A stretch of DNA of 64,000 nucleotides from an uncultured Pseudomonadota bacterium (GTDB taxonomy: Bacteria > Desulfobacterota > Syntrophorhabdia > Syntrophorhabdales > CAYQXL01): positions 51,269 to 115,268 of the forward strand of contig CAZYVU010000003.1 in assembly GCA_964651435.1 (NCBI GenBank), written 5' to 3'. How positions within the stretch are numbered: the stretch's first letter is position 1; every line of letters begins with the position of its first letter. Positions 47,460 to 57,591 of the stretch are shown in pieces. Below the pieces are notes generated by a model. The model made no database searches and was not told the origin of the DNA. It saw nothing but the letters and a program-made list of their open reading frames with translations. The position numbers and the translations under genes are program-made.

Positions 47460-47666
47460 ATGCAGATCGGCGAAATCGAGAAGGGCAAGGACAAGATCAT
47501 TATTTCGATCAAGGAATTCAAGGGCAAACAATATGTCGATATAAGGACCTATTTTACCAATGACGAGGGAGATTGGATACCTACGAAGAAGGGCATTACG
47601 TTTTCCCCCGAAAATATAGACGATGCCATCCGTTACCTGCAGGACGCAAAGAAGCAGTTGGGTTGA
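47460..47666 (+). CDS. PC4/YdbC-family ssDNA-binding protein
   Basis: EFKGKQYVDIRTYF, WIPTKKGIT; AGGAGG RBS; TG-n-TACAAT upstream. Confidence 0.9.
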   Translation: MQIGEIEKGKDKIIISIKEFKGKQYVDIRTYFTNDEGDWIPTKKGITFSPENIDDAIRYLQDAKKQLG

Positions 47667-47745
47667 TTCCACGGAAGCGGCAGGTTTCCGGTATTCCAGC
47701 ACAGGGGTTTGAGACATGGCGGTCATTCAATTCAAAGGAGCATCG

Positions 47746-48195
47746 ATGAAGATCAACTTTACGAAGGCGCAGTACGAAACGCTTATCAAGGCCGTCTATC
47801 TCGGCAACTGGGTGGTCAACTCGACGGAAGGCGAAACGGTGGACGAGGACTTTGACGCGTTGGAAGAGTACATCCTCTCCTTCGCAAAGGACTTCGGCCT
47901 TGACCAATATGTCGAGTATGACGAGGGCGAGAAGAAGTTCTATGCCTCCCGGGAGCTGGAGGAGGGGGAAATAGAAGACCAGATACAGCGCTATGATGAC
48001 TATACCTTCTGGGACAAGCTGATTTTCAACCTTGCCGAGCGGGACCTTATTCGCAAGTACGGTGAGCGCGCGGTGGAGAAGATGGCTGATGCCGATCGTT
48101 TCGAGAAGGAGCAGGAATTTCTCGAAAAATACGAGCAGGAGTTCTCCCGGAACGGGATACGCAATCTCGTCATTAAGGTGAAGGGCGGGTCGTAA
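47746..48195 (+). CDS. Acidic hypothetical protein
   Basis: Long ORF with AAGGAG RBS before ATG 47746; no motif recognised. Confidence 0.7.
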   Translation: MKINFTKAQYETLIKAVYLGNWVVNSTEGETVDEDFDALEEYILSFAKDFGLDQYVEYDEGEKKFYASRELEEGEIEDQIQRYDDYTFWDKLIFNLAERDLIRKYGERAVEKMADADRFEKEQEFLEKYEQEFSRNGIRNLVIKVKGGS

Positions 48196-48224
48196 AGGCT
48201 GCCTGAAGGAAAAGCGGATCCCCA

Positions 48225-48704
48225 GTGCTGCCTGCGACGGTCGACAAGCTGGAAAAGATCAGAAAGGAGTGCCGGCGCATGGCGACAAAGCGCGCCCTGC
48301 TCTCAGCAACGGCATCCGTCGTGCCGATCCCGTTTACTGATGTGGCTACCGACGTGGTCCTCCTTGGGGAGGTCATTCCGGCCATAAGCAAGCGTTTCGG
48401 ACTGGCCAGGGAGCAGGTGGATGCCTATGATCCCCGGGTGGCGCTTCTCATTTACAATGGGGCAACCCGTCTGGGGGCCCATATGGTGGGCCGGTACGTG
48501 ACGAAGGAGCTGATCTTGAGGGTGCTCGCCAAGGTGGGTGTCCGGCTTACGGTCAAACAGGCGGCCCGCTATGTGCCCGTGGCGGGTCAGGCCGTGGCGG
48601 CGGGCATCAGTTTTTCGGCCATGAAGTTCATCATCAACAACCACATCAACCACTGCTACCGCGTGGCAAAAGGGGTTATTGAGGCCCACCCCTTTACGCC
48701 CTGA
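48225..48704 (+). CDS. Hypothetical protein (DUF697-like: VPIPFTD motif)
   Basis: ASVVPIPFTDVATD, ISKRFGL, YVPVAGQAVAAGISF. Confidence 0.65.
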   Translation: MLPATVDKLEKIRKECRRMATKRALLSATASVVPIPFTDVATDVVLLGEVIPAISKRFGLAREQVDAYDPRVALLIYNGATRLGAHMVGRYVTKELILRVLAKVGVRLTVKQAARYVPVAGQAVAAGISFSAMKFIINNHINHCYRVAKGVIEAHPFTP

Positions 48705-48852
48705 GACCGAAGAATACTTCTCCCTCAAGAAAACAGCTCTGCTGCGCTGCACCTATGGTAGAATGATCGAGACAATTTTGCAGTGAGGGGCAGCCAGGAA
48801 GCTTGCCCCTTGGGGCGGGGTCTTAAGGATACCTACTGAAGGAGGGACAGCG

Positions 48853-49260
48853 ATGAGCGGTGACTATGTAGACCACGACATATTGAGGCGGACGGCCGAC
48901 AGCCTCATCGAAGACTACAAGGAGGAGGGCGAAACGTTCACCGGGGAGAGGGAGGACGAGTTTCGGGCCTATCTGGCCGGGCTCGTCGATGCGGACCCGC
49001 CCACGAACGAACAGATATGGGAGACCGTCGAGGTCCTCATGAAGACCATCGAGGGCAGAGACAGGGAGCTGGCGCTGCGGGCTATCTCCGTGTTTATCGT
49101 CCAGTACATCTCCGGATGCGACCACACGCCGGAGGCCTTCCAGTGTGTGCCCACACTGCTTGAGGTGAAGAGCCACATAAAGGCAGAACACTTTCGCGAG
49201 GCACGGGAGGCCCTTATGGCATTTCTCAACAGGGCCAGGGCCGTCGCCCGGTCGATGTAG
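48853..49260 (+). CDS. Hypothetical helical protein
   Basis: GGAGG RBS, coding-like composition; no motif recognised. Confidence 0.65.
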   Translation: MSGDYVDHDILRRTADSLIEDYKEEGETFTGEREDEFRAYLAGLVDADPPTNEQIWETVEVLMKTIEGRDRELALRAISVFIVQYISGCDHTPEAFQCVPTLLEVKSHIKAEHFREAREALMAFLNRARAVARSM

Positions 49261-49405
49261 ATATAAGTCGTCGCAGACGCCTGCGGCCAACGTCAACAAG
49301 AGGGGGCTGCCTTATTGCAGCGGCTAAAGGAGAGGGGGAAGGGCGAACGGCACGGGCCGTCCGGGTCTTCCGGAAAACAGCACTACGCCGGGTGGGGAGA
49401 AGCTT

Positions 49406-50569
49406 GTGGACCAATATGATGCGCTCAGGGGAAGGGCCCTTCTTTTTCTTGTATTGCTCTGGTTTCTCTGGTTCATGAACTTTACGCTGAGAACCATCTT
49501 TGCGCCCATCCTCCCCCTCGTCGAAGACGAGTTTGCCATTAATCACGCCAAGGCGAGCAGCCTATTCGTCTTTCAGTCGCTCGGATACGGCACCTCGGTC
49601 CTCTTTTCCGGCTTTCTTTCGGGCCTCTTCGGCCACAAGCGGTCCATCACCGTTTCCCTGCTCATGTCTGCGGCAATCTTTCTCCTTCTGCCCTTTTTCA
49701 AGAGCTTTGCCGCCATGTCGGTCTGCATTTTCATCCTGGGCCTGTCAGCAGGCGTTTACATGCCGTCGGTCATGCCCATCATCACAGAGCGGTTTTCAGA
49801 ACGCATCTGGGGGAAGACCATCGCCATCCACGATTCCGCTGCAGCCATCGGCATATTCTCGACACCCTTCGTGGCCCTGGCAATTCTTCACTTTCTTCCC
49901 TGGAGAGGCATCTTCCTTGTGCTTGGCGCCGTTTTTCTCCTTAGCGCCCTCGTCTTCACCCTTAAAGTCGAAGAGTTAAAGATCAGGCAGACCAGAAAAC
50001 TGCTTTTCGGGGGCCTGCTGAAGAACAGGACGTTGTGGCTCATGTGCGCGGTCTGGATTTTTGCGGCCGGCGCAAACCTGGGCGTATTCTTCATCATCCC
50101 CCTCTATCTGACAAAGGAGCTGGGTCTTGCCGTAGGCTACGCCAACACCCTTCTCGGAGTTTCCCGTTTGGGCGGCATCATCGTGGCCCTCTCAGCCGGT
50201 TACCTGGTAGACCGTTTCAGCCTGCGCCCCGTCATGTTCACCATTCTTCTCTTCGCCGGCCTCTTGACAGTGCTGCTTTCCCTGGTTCCCGTCTCCGGAA
50301 TAGGCATCACCCTCCTCTTTCAGGCAAGCCTGATCACGGGCTTTTTTCCCGTGGCGCTGGTGGCTATCCCCCGGGCCTTTGGCCGCGAACAGAGGAGTGC
50401 TGCGACAGGAATAATTCTTGCCTGCTCCGTTATTTTCGGCTGGGGGATTGTGCCCTATCTGCTTGGGGTTATGGGTGACCTGGTGAGCTTCAAGGTGGGT
50501 CTTTTCGCCCTCGGTGCCCTTGTGGTGTTCAGCAGCGGCATCACGCTATCCCGCAAGGTGGGTGCGTAG
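49406..50569 (+). CDS. MFS transporter
   Basis: About 12 TM helices, motif-A-like GFLSGLFGHKR and GYLVDRFSLR. Confidence 0.9.
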   Translation: MDQYDALRGRALLFLVLLWFLWFMNFTLRTIFAPILPLVEDEFAINHAKASSLFVFQSLGYGTSVLFSGFLSGLFGHKRSITVSLLMSAAIFLLLPFFKSFAAMSVCIFILGLSAGVYMPSVMPIITERFSERIWGKTIAIHDSAAAIGIFSTPFVALAILHFLPWRGIFLVLGAVFLLSALVFTLKVEELKIRQTRKLLFGGLLKNRTLWLMCAVWIFAAGANLGVFFIIPLYLTKELGLAVGYANTLLGVSRLGGIIVALSAGYLVDRFSLRPVMFTILLFAGLLTVLLSLVPVSGIGITLLFQASLITGFFPVALVAIPRAFGREQRSAATGIILACSVIFGWGIVPYLLGVMGDLVSFKVGLFALGALVVFSSGITLSRKVGA

Positions 50570-50635
50570 CCCGAGCTCACCGACAGCGGGATCGGGCCCC
50601 CGCAGTCGTTTGTTTGTCCTGCGTCGAGAGGCCTG

Positions 50636-51127
50636 TTACGCTTCGGTAGTAAACCTCCATTTGCAGAAGAGGTCTTTTGGGTGCGGGTCTGGAGGTGCAA
50701 AGAGGCACTCTACGTCAACCGAAGGGTCTATCTCGGCGGCAAATGCGCGAAAAAGGGCCATGTGCATGGGTTTGCAGACGAACTCCCCCTGGCCGTGCCT
50801 GAGCCTTGCCTCCTGCGCGGAGCAGTGGGGGACCGTGAGGACAAGACCTTCAGGCGTCTCGTCAAACTGATAGCCAACGACCGATGCCATAGGGAAGAGC
50901 TTTAATGCCTTTGCGACCGCCGGCACTCCCCTTTCGGTGATGCCGAAACGGCGGACGGTCTCCCGTGCCGCGAGCTTCGCTGCGTTCCTCCAAACGGTTT
51001 CCACAATCTCTTCCGCTTTTTTCTGACCGACGGCCTCCGATACGCCGAGAAACCAAAAGCCATCGATGGCAGCATAGTGCCACAGAACAAAATCCAAATA
51101 TTCCTTGAGCTCTTTCTCAGTGTTCAC
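50636..51127 (-). CDS. DUF6125-family protein
   Basis: WHYAAIDGFWF, CSAQEAR, FVCK, VECLFAPPDPHP..FCKWRF pattern as recalled for this family. Confidence 0.7.
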   Translation of the reverse strand: MNTEKELKEYLDFVLWHYAAIDGFWFLGVSEAVGQKKAEEIVETVWRNAAKLAARETVRRFGITERGVPAVAKALKLFPMASVVGYQFDETPEGLVLTVPHCSAQEARLRHGQGEFVCKPMHMALFRAFAAEIDPSVDVECLFAPPDPHPKDLFCKWRFTTEA

Positions 51128-51194
51128 GTTACACTCCCCTTGCGGTCAAATATGCTCAACGGGCGGGCCGGCACTGCTCTTCGATCCAATGTCT

Positions 51195-52709
51195 CTATGC
51201 AGCGCTGTATTGCTCCCTAAGAATCTTCTTCTGTATCTTTCCCACGGGATCCTTGGGTAGGCCCTCTGCAAAGGCGACAGTCTTCGGCAGTTTGTACCGG
51301 GCCAGCCTTTCCGCACAGAATTGTATGAGCTCCTTCTCCGTAGCCTGCTGCCCCTTCTTGAGAACAACAATTGCCTTGACCTGCTCCCCCCACTTCTCGT
51401 CGGGAACACCGATGGCGGCACATTCCTGAACGGCCGGATGGAGGTGGAGCACGTCCTCGATCTCGTGCGGGGAGATGTTTTCGCCGCCGCTGATAATGAG
51501 GTCCTTTTTCCGGTCCACAACGTAGATATAGCCGTCCTCGTCCACAGTGGCCATGTCGCCCGTGTGGAGCCATCCCCCGTCGAAGGTCTTTGCCGTTTCC
51601 TCGGGGCGTTTCCAGTAGCCCTTCATTACGTTAGGTCCGCGGGCAATGATCTCGCCCATCTGGCCGGGCTTTACATCGTTGCCGTCACCATCCACAACCC
51701 TTACGTGGCAGCTGAAGAGCTCCTTTCCGACCGATGCAAGCCGCTTGAGCCCAACCCCGGCAAGGGCCACATCCTCCTTGGGCAGATAGGTGAGGAGGGG
51801 GGATGCCTCCGTAAGGCCGTAAACGACGAAGACAACGTCGGGGCCCAGGAGCTTCACGGCCCGCTGCAGGATCGGCAGTGGCGTTGTTTGGCCGCCAACC
51901 GAATAGCTCTTCAGGGACCCTATACTGTACTTGCCTTCCTCGAAGGCGTCGAGCACCATGACGAGGCCCGTGTAGACGAGGGTCATGTGGGTGATGCCGT
52001 CTCTCTCGACGGATTTCCAGAACTCGTGACCGTCGAAGTTGTTCATGATCACGTTCGTTCCACCGACGTAGAACTGGCAGAGGACCATATTCTTTTGCAT
52101 GGTGTGGTAAAAGGGTTGCACATGCAGACAGACATCGGAGGGACCCAGTCTGTAGGCGATGGTATTGTTTATGACCCCGGCCAGGAAGTTGTCGTGGGTC
52201 AGGACGACCCCCTTGGGGCCCCCCGTGGTGCCGCTTGTATAGAAGATTGAAAAGATGTCCTCCTGCCTAACGGCAACAGGCGGCTCATCGGCAGTGCCCG
52301 TCGCCAAAAAGGGCTCGTACTCCCCGTCCATCTGTATGATATGGGCTACGGAGATGTCGTTGTGGATCGTCTCAACCTCCTTCTTGAACGCATCGCCCAC
52401 AAAGAGGATGTCGATTTCGGCGTCATTGATGACGAACTGGAGCTCCACGGGGACAAGCCGGAAATTGAGCGGCACGTAAACCATCCCTGTTTTAGCTGCT
52501 GCAAAGCATATCTCCACCATCTCCGGGCTGTTCTTGCTCAGGACGGCAACCTTGCTGCCCGGTTCGAGTCCCAGGCGAAGAATGGCGTCAGCCAGCTTGT
52601 TGACTCGTTGATTGAATTCGTAGAACGTAAGTGACCGGCCTTCGTATACAAAGGCCTTTTTGCTTGGATAACGACGGGCGCATTGCACCGCCAAGTCGCC
52701 GATTACCAT
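51195..52709 (-). CDS. AMP-forming acyl-CoA synthetase (long-chain fatty acid/aryl-CoA ligase family)
   Basis: YTSGTTGGPKG, YGLTE, GWLHTGD, DLIISGGENI, GKIQK. Confidence 0.92.
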   Translation of the reverse strand: MVIGDLAVQCARRYPSKKAFVYEGRSLTFYEFNQRVNKLADAILRLGLEPGSKVAVLSKNSPEMVEICFAAAKTGMVYVPLNFRLVPVELQFVINDAEIDILFVGDAFKKEVETIHNDISVAHIIQMDGEYEPFLATGTADEPPVAVRQEDIFSIFYTSGTTGGPKGVVLTHDNFLAGVINNTIAYRLGPSDVCLHVQPFYHTMQKNMVLCQFYVGGTNVIMNNFDGHEFWKSVERDGITHMTLVYTGLVMVLDAFEEGKYSIGSLKSYSVGGQTTPLPILQRAVKLLGPDVVFVVYGLTEASPLLTYLPKEDVALAGVGLKRLASVGKELFSCHVRVVDGDGNDVKPGQMGEIIARGPNVMKGYWKRPEETAKTFDGGWLHTGDMATVDEDGYIYVVDRKKDLIISGGENISPHEIEDVLHLHPAVQECAAIGVPDEKWGEQVKAIVVLKKGQQATEKELIQFCAERLARYKLPKTVAFAEGLPKDPVGKIQKKILREQYSAA

Positions 52710-52734
52710 GGTTGTTACCTCCTCAGAAGTGATT

Positions 52735-53445
52735 CTACATGCCGAGATAGCTCTTCTTTATCTCGTCGTTCTCCAGCAGGGCCTCAGCCTTGCCTTCCGT
52801 AATTATCTTCCCCGTCTCCAGAACGTATGCGCGGTCCGCTATCCGCAGTGCGGCGTTTACGTTCTGCTCAACGAGCAGTATGGATATACCTGTGGAGCGC
52901 AGATGCTGTATTGCGGCCAGTATGGTTTCTACGACAAGAGGCGCCAGTCCCAGCGAGGGCTCATCGAGAAGCAGAAGCCTGGGCTGCGACATGAGGCCCC
53001 TGCCTATAGCGAGCATCTGCTGTTCACCGCCGCTCATCGTTCCTGCCTTCTGAGAAAGCCTTTTTTCGAGAATAGGGAAGAGGCCGAATACGGATGCAAG
53101 AAGCTTCTCCAGTTCGCCCTTTCGCACCGAGTGAACGTACGTTCCAAGAAGGAGGTTCTGTCGTACCGTCAGTGAGCCGAATATCTGCCTGCCTTCCGGA
53201 ACGTGGCTCAACCCCTCGCGGACGATGTGGTTCGGCTTTCGGTTTGTAATATTTTGTCCTTTGAAGGTGATGGTCCCCTGCAACGCCGGAATGATGCCTG
53301 AGATGACCTTAAGGAGCGTCGATTTGCCGGCACCGTTCGCCCCTACGAGGCAGACGATTTCGCCCTCGCCGACCTCCATGGCGATTTCCTTCAAGACCGC
53401 TACGCGGCCATAGCCCGCATTGAGGTTGCGAATGTCGAGTATCAT
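52735..53445 (-). CDS. LIV-type ABC ATPase (LivF-like)
   Basis: GANGAGKST, HVPEGR, MSGGEQQML, DEPSLGLAP; start ATG 53445. Confidence 0.92.
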   Translation of the reverse strand: MILDIRNLNAGYGRVAVLKEIAMEVGEGEIVCLVGANGAGKSTLLKVISGIIPALQGTITFKGQNITNRKPNHIVREGLSHVPEGRQIFGSLTVRQNLLLGTYVHSVRKGELEKLLASVFGLFPILEKRLSQKAGTMSGGEQQMLAIGRGLMSQPRLLLLDEPSLGLAPLVVETILAAIQHLRSTGISILLVEQNVNAALRIADRAYVLETGKIITEGKAEALLENDEIKKSYLGM

Positions 53446-54245
53446 TGCGGAACCCCACATGTGTTTCCTTGGGCCCCGAGATATGCCTCGATGACCTGGG
53501 TGTTGCCGCATATGTCGGTCGGCGTTCCCTCAGCAAGCTTTCTCCCAAAATCGAGCACGATTATGTCGTCGGCAATATTCATGACAACCTTCATGTTGTG
53601 TTCCACCAGAAGCAGGGTAATCCCCCGGTCCCGGATGGCGAGGAGGAGCTTGATAAACGTTTCCACCTCGGCATCGTTGAGCCCCGATGCGGGTTCATCG
53701 AGGAGAAGCATTTGCGGGTCCGTCATGAGCGACCGGGCCAGTTCGAGCAGCCTTTGGTTTCCGAAGGAGAGGGTGGCAGGGAAGACCTTCTCCTTTCCTC
53801 CGAGCCCGACGAACTGCAGCAGTTCCGCTGCCCTCTCCTCGGCCTCTCTCTCCGCACGCCTCATTTTTCCCGGCCTGAAGATGGCATCTACAATGCCCGG
53901 CCGCAGCCGTTTGTGGGCGCCGAGCATGACGTTATCCAGCACCGTAGCCTCGTTGATTGTAAATAACCTGACGAGCTGAAAGGTTCTGGATAGGCCGAGA
54001 AAGGCAATCCGGTCGGGGGTGAGGCCCGCAACCTGTCTGTCATTCAGATAAACGGAGCCGCTGTCGGGCGGCAGGAGGCCGCTGATGGCATTGAGAAGCG
54101 TTGTCTTTCCTGCCCCGTTCGGTCCGATAAGGGCCTTTATATGCCCTTTCTTGACCGCAAAGCTGACGTGGTCCAGGGCGTGGACGCCCTCAAAGGTCTT
54201 CACCACATTCTCAATCTTCAAAATGTTGCCGTCGGGGCCGCTCAT
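53442..54245 (-). CDS. LIV-type ABC ATPase (LivG-like)
   Basis: GPNGAGKTT, LSFGNQR, DEPASGL, EHNM, AYLG. Confidence 0.92.
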   Translation of the reverse strand: MSGPDGNILKIENVVKTFEGVHALDHVSFAVKKGHIKALIGPNGAGKTTLLNAISGLLPPDSGSVYLNDRQVAGLTPDRIAFLGLSRTFQLVRLFTINEATVLDNVMLGAHKRLRPGIVDAIFRPGKMRRAEREAEERAAELLQFVGLGGKEKVFPATLSFGNQRLLELARSLMTDPQMLLLDEPASGLNDAEVETFIKLLLAIRDRGITLLLVEHNMKVVMNIADDIIVLDFGRKLAEGTPTDICGNTQVIEAYLGAQGNTCGVPQ

Positions 54246-55198
54246 AGGTCCGCCCTTCGAAAGAGTTTGTTCCTCGCGCTGACGAGAATGCCATAAAGGC
54301 CCTTCGGCATGAACACGAGGACGACGATGAGGATGATGCCGTTAATAAGGAGTTCGTAATCCTGAAGCTGATAGGTGATCTCCGGAAGTATCTTCATAAA
54401 GGCCGCCCCCAGTACGGGGCCGAAGACGGTGCCGATTCCTCCCAGGAAGAGCATGACAAGAACATTGATTGAGGTCATAACCCCGAAGTCATCGGGGGCG
54501 ATGAACCCCATGTAGTGGGCGTAGAGGGATCCCGCAATGGATGCATATATGCTTGCCAGGATGAATATGCGGGTCTTGTATTTTGGGCTGTCGATGCCGA
54601 AATGGCGGGCCGCCGGCTCATCACTATGAATGGCGATGAGCGTCCTGCCGAAGGGCGAGCGGACGACGGCGATGCTGCTCGCGATGACAAGGAAAACGAC
54701 AAGCCAGACAAAATAGTAGTAATGAATGTGATTGTCGAGGGAAAAGCCGAAAATACTGAAAGCCGGTATGTCCCGCAGGCCCGACGCCCCGCCGGTGAAC
54801 CCTTCAAAGCCGATGATGAGCGTTATGACGATCTCGTTAAAGGCGAGGGTCGCCATGGCCAGGTAATACTCCTTGAGGGCCAGGACGGGCCGCCCTGTGG
54901 CCCATGCCAGAATGCCGCTCAGGAACATACCCGCGAAGAGGGCGATAAGGGGAGAGACCCCGTATTTTGCCGTCAAGATCCCTGAAGTGTAGGCCCCTAT
55001 GGCGAAGAAGGCTGCGTGGCCCACAGATATCTGGCCTCCGTAACCCATCAGCAGGTCGAGCCCTACGGCGAGCATGATGTAGATACCGACAAAGATAAGC
55101 ACGCCGCTCTTGTACGGTGACTGCCCACCGAGGGTAAACGGATATATGGCTATAAACGCCGCAAAGAGGATCCACCAGTATCTCTTAAGTGTCTTCAT
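54242..55198 (-). CDS. LIV-type ABC permease (LivM-like)
   Basis: GYGGQISVGHAAF, TGGASGL, SPFGRTLIAI; start ATG 55198. Confidence 0.9.
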   Translation of the reverse strand: MKTLKRYWWILFAAFIAIYPFTLGGQSPYKSGVLIFVGIYIMLAVGLDLLMGYGGQISVGHAAFFAIGAYTSGILTAKYGVSPLIALFAGMFLSGILAWATGRPVLALKEYYLAMATLAFNEIVITLIIGFEGFTGGASGLRDIPAFSIFGFSLDNHIHYYYFVWLVVFLVIASSIAVVRSPFGRTLIAIHSDEPAARHFGIDSPKYKTRIFILASIYASIAGSLYAHYMGFIAPDDFGVMTSINVLVMLFLGGIGTVFGPVLGAAFMKILPEITYQLQDYELLINGIILIVVLVFMPKGLYGILVSARNKLFRRADL

Positions 55199-55208
55199 GT
55201 CCTTCTGC

Positions 55209-56075
55209 CTAAGACTTGCTAAAAAGCCCGTTGGGCCTAAATATGAGCACCACCATGAGGAGCGCAAAGACGATCGTGTCGGAAAACTTTGACGATATGA
55301 GGCCGATCGTGTATGACTCCACGAGGCCGAGGAGGAACCCGGCCATAACAGACCCGGCTATGCTTGCCAGACCGCCGATGGACATGGCGATAAACCCCTT
55401 CACCATAGGCATGACCCCTCCCGTGTACTGCATAAAAAGGAGGGGCGAGACGGCAGCGCCTGCGAGGGCGCCGATGCCTGCTCCCCAAGCCCAGGCAAAG
55501 AGTGCCGCCCTCTGTACGTTGATGCCCATGAGGCTCGCACCGAGGGGATTTTCGGCACAAGCCCGCATGGCGATACCGAGGGATGTTTTCTCGAAAAAAT
55601 ACCAGATGACCAAGAGAACGACTATCGTTATGCCCACGATCCAAAGCACCTGTAGCTGGAGGGATGCCCCGAAGATGTGGAGGGGATCGCCCTTGGTAAA
55701 GGGGCTAAGGACGTGAGACTCCCGTCCCCACAATATCAGGGCGAGACCCCGGAGCGCCAGGGAGATGGCGATGGTCATGACGATAAGAGCGCCTACTGAG
55801 GAGCCCTGTATGGGCCGTATGAGGGCCTGCTGAATCAGGGCTCCCATGCAGACGGCGATGAAGACGGCGAGGGCGAAGGAGAGGGGCATGGGGAGCCCCT
55901 TGGACGTCAGGGTGACCATGGTCAGGGCCCCAAAAACGAAGAACTCCCCCTGGGCGAAGCAGATAAGCTTTGAGACTTTATAGACTATCACCAGGCTCAC
56001 GGCTATGAGGGCATAGATGCTGCCCGTGGTTATGCCGCTAAAGAGAAATTGCACTATGTGTGATAGGTCTATCAT
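55209..56075 (-). CDS. LIV-type ABC permease (LivH-like)
   Basis: GSIYALIA, FAQGEF, TSLGIAMRA, GGLASIAG, RPNGL. Confidence 0.9.
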   Translation of the reverse strand: MIDLSHIVQFLFSGITTGSIYALIAVSLVIVYKVSKLICFAQGEFFVFGALTMVTLTSKGLPMPLSFALAVFIAVCMGALIQQALIRPIQGSSVGALIVMTIAISLALRGLALILWGRESHVLSPFTKGDPLHIFGASLQLQVLWIVGITIVVLLVIWYFFEKTSLGIAMRACAENPLGASLMGINVQRAALFAWAWGAGIGALAGAAVSPLLFMQYTGGVMPMVKGFIAMSIGGLASIAGSVMAGFLLGLVESYTIGLISSKFSDTIVFALLMVVLIFRPNGLFSKS

Positions 56076-56085
56076 TGCCGTCCTC

Positions 56086-57234
56086 TCAGTTGGGCACTTC
56101 CCACTTGCCGGCTTTGATGGTGAGGAGTATCATGTCGTCGGGCCGGGTCCCATGGTGGTCTGTTGAGGTAAAGGTGTAGACGCCCTGCATGGCCGGAAAG
56201 TTTTTGATTGACTCTATGGCGGTACGAAGCTTCTGAGGGTCGGCCTTTCCTGTGACCTTGAGCCCTTCGGCTATGAGGGCAATGGCGTCTGCCAACTCGG
56301 CCGAGAAATAGTTGGCCGGTTCTTTATACTTGTCCATGTGGGCCTTGTTGAAATCGACGATGATCTTTTTGGTCGGGTCGCTGTCGGACAGGGCCTCCGG
56401 TTTCATCACCTTGCCTGACGGCACCAGTAGCTCGGTTTTGATATTTGCCACAAGCTTCAGAAAGCCCGGATTCGCGTTTCCGTGAGATACGAGAAAGGGC
56501 ACCTTAAGATTGAGCTGCTCCATGTTTCGCGCAATGAGGGCCGCCGGCTCACCGGTGGTAAAGGAGAAGATGGCCTGGGGGTTCATGGTCCGGATCTTGG
56601 CGAGTTGCGATGTCACGTCGGGTGCCTTCACATCGAACTTCTCCTCGCCCACAATGGTGATCTTGTAGTCGGCTGCATATTTTCTCGCAATGGTTGATCC
56701 GAGCTCTCCGAGGGGACCGATGGGCATGAGCAGAGCCAGCTTCGTTATCCCTTTCTTCTGGAAATACTTGTAGGCCGTGATGACGGCAAAATCAGTTTTG
56801 TGAGACGTGTTGAACAGGTAGGGGTCCTTGGCCGTGTCGACGGCATAGCCGGAGTTGATGATTGTGGGTATCTTGTACCTGTTGGCCATGGAAGCTACGG
56901 CCCCGGAGATCGGCACCGATGCTGTTCCGGCCATGGCTACGACGTTGTCCTTGGAGATAAGCCTCTGAGCCACCTTCGATGCCTGCTCCGGAGATGAGGT
57001 GTCGTCGTAGGAGATAAGCTCCAGAGGGACACCGTTAATGCCGCCGGCCTTGTTGATAAGCTCCACCTTGAGCTCCGCAGCCTTCTTCTTGTATTCTCCC
57101 AGCCAGGAGAGGTATCCCGTCAGAGAGAAGATGCCGCCGATCTTATACGTTTTGGGCTCCGAGAACCCGGCCTGCGGCATCCCAAGGACCATACAAAAGG
57201 CCATCAGGACAATAAAAACGAATGTTTTCCTCAT
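56086..57234 (-). CDS. LIV-type ABC substrate-binding protein
   Basis: Signal peptide, KIGGIFSLTG, INKAGGING, YDDTSSPE. Confidence 0.9.
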   Translation of the reverse strand: MRKTFVFIVLMAFCMVLGMPQAGFSEPKTYKIGGIFSLTGYLSWLGEYKKKAAELKVELINKAGGINGVPLELISYDDTSSPEQASKVAQRLISKDNVVAMAGTASVPISGAVASMANRYKIPTIINSGYAVDTAKDPYLFNTSHKTDFAVITAYKYFQKKGITKLALLMPIGPLGELGSTIARKYAADYKITIVGEEKFDVKAPDVTSQLAKIRTMNPQAIFSFTTGEPAALIARNMEQLNLKVPFLVSHGNANPGFLKLVANIKTELLVPSGKVMKPEALSDSDPTKKIIVDFNKAHMDKYKEPANYFSAELADAIALIAEGLKVTGKADPQKLRTAIESIKNFPAMQGVYTFTSTDHHGTRPDDMILLTIKAGKWEVPN

Positions 57235-57269
57235 GAGAAACCTCCTCTCAATTATTTGACGAATGTTTT

Positions 57270-57286
57270 AGCAATAAGCGTGCCAA
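57270..57286 (-). promoter_or_regulatory. Sigma54 (-24/-12) promoter
   Basis: Minus strand TTGGCACGCTTATTGCT = TGGCAC-N5-TTGCT consensus, about 35 nt upstream of the SBP start. Confidence 0.85.
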
Positions 57287-57507
57287 TTGCGCTGCGAAGG
57301 AACTTCGGCGTCCCGACGCGGCGGTACCATTTGTGTTCCGCACCACGGCGTAATATTTAGGTGATTCCGCCTGTCGGGAGGGGCCCGGGACCCACCGATG
57401 GGGACGATATTGGGGGGTTGTCAAGCGTGCAGTGACGGCTCCCTTTGGAGGCGCTGTGCCGAAAAGGATGCCCGGCGAGGAAGGAGCGGCCATACCGATC
57501 GGCAGGC

Positions 57508-57525
57508 ATGGTCATAATTGACCAT
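57508..57525. promoter_or_regulatory. Palindrome GGTCA-N4-TGACC, candidate activator site 1
   Basis: atggtcataattgaccat. Confidence 0.65.
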
Positions 57526-57575
57526 ATGAGAAGAAACTGAAACGATAACAGGCAATAAATCAGGCAAGAAAATAT

Positions 57576-57591
57576 ATGGTCATTTATGACC
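57576..57591. promoter_or_regulatory. Palindrome GGTCA-N4-TGACC, candidate activator site 2 (overlaps the activator stop)
   Basis: atggtcatttatgacc. Confidence 0.62.
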
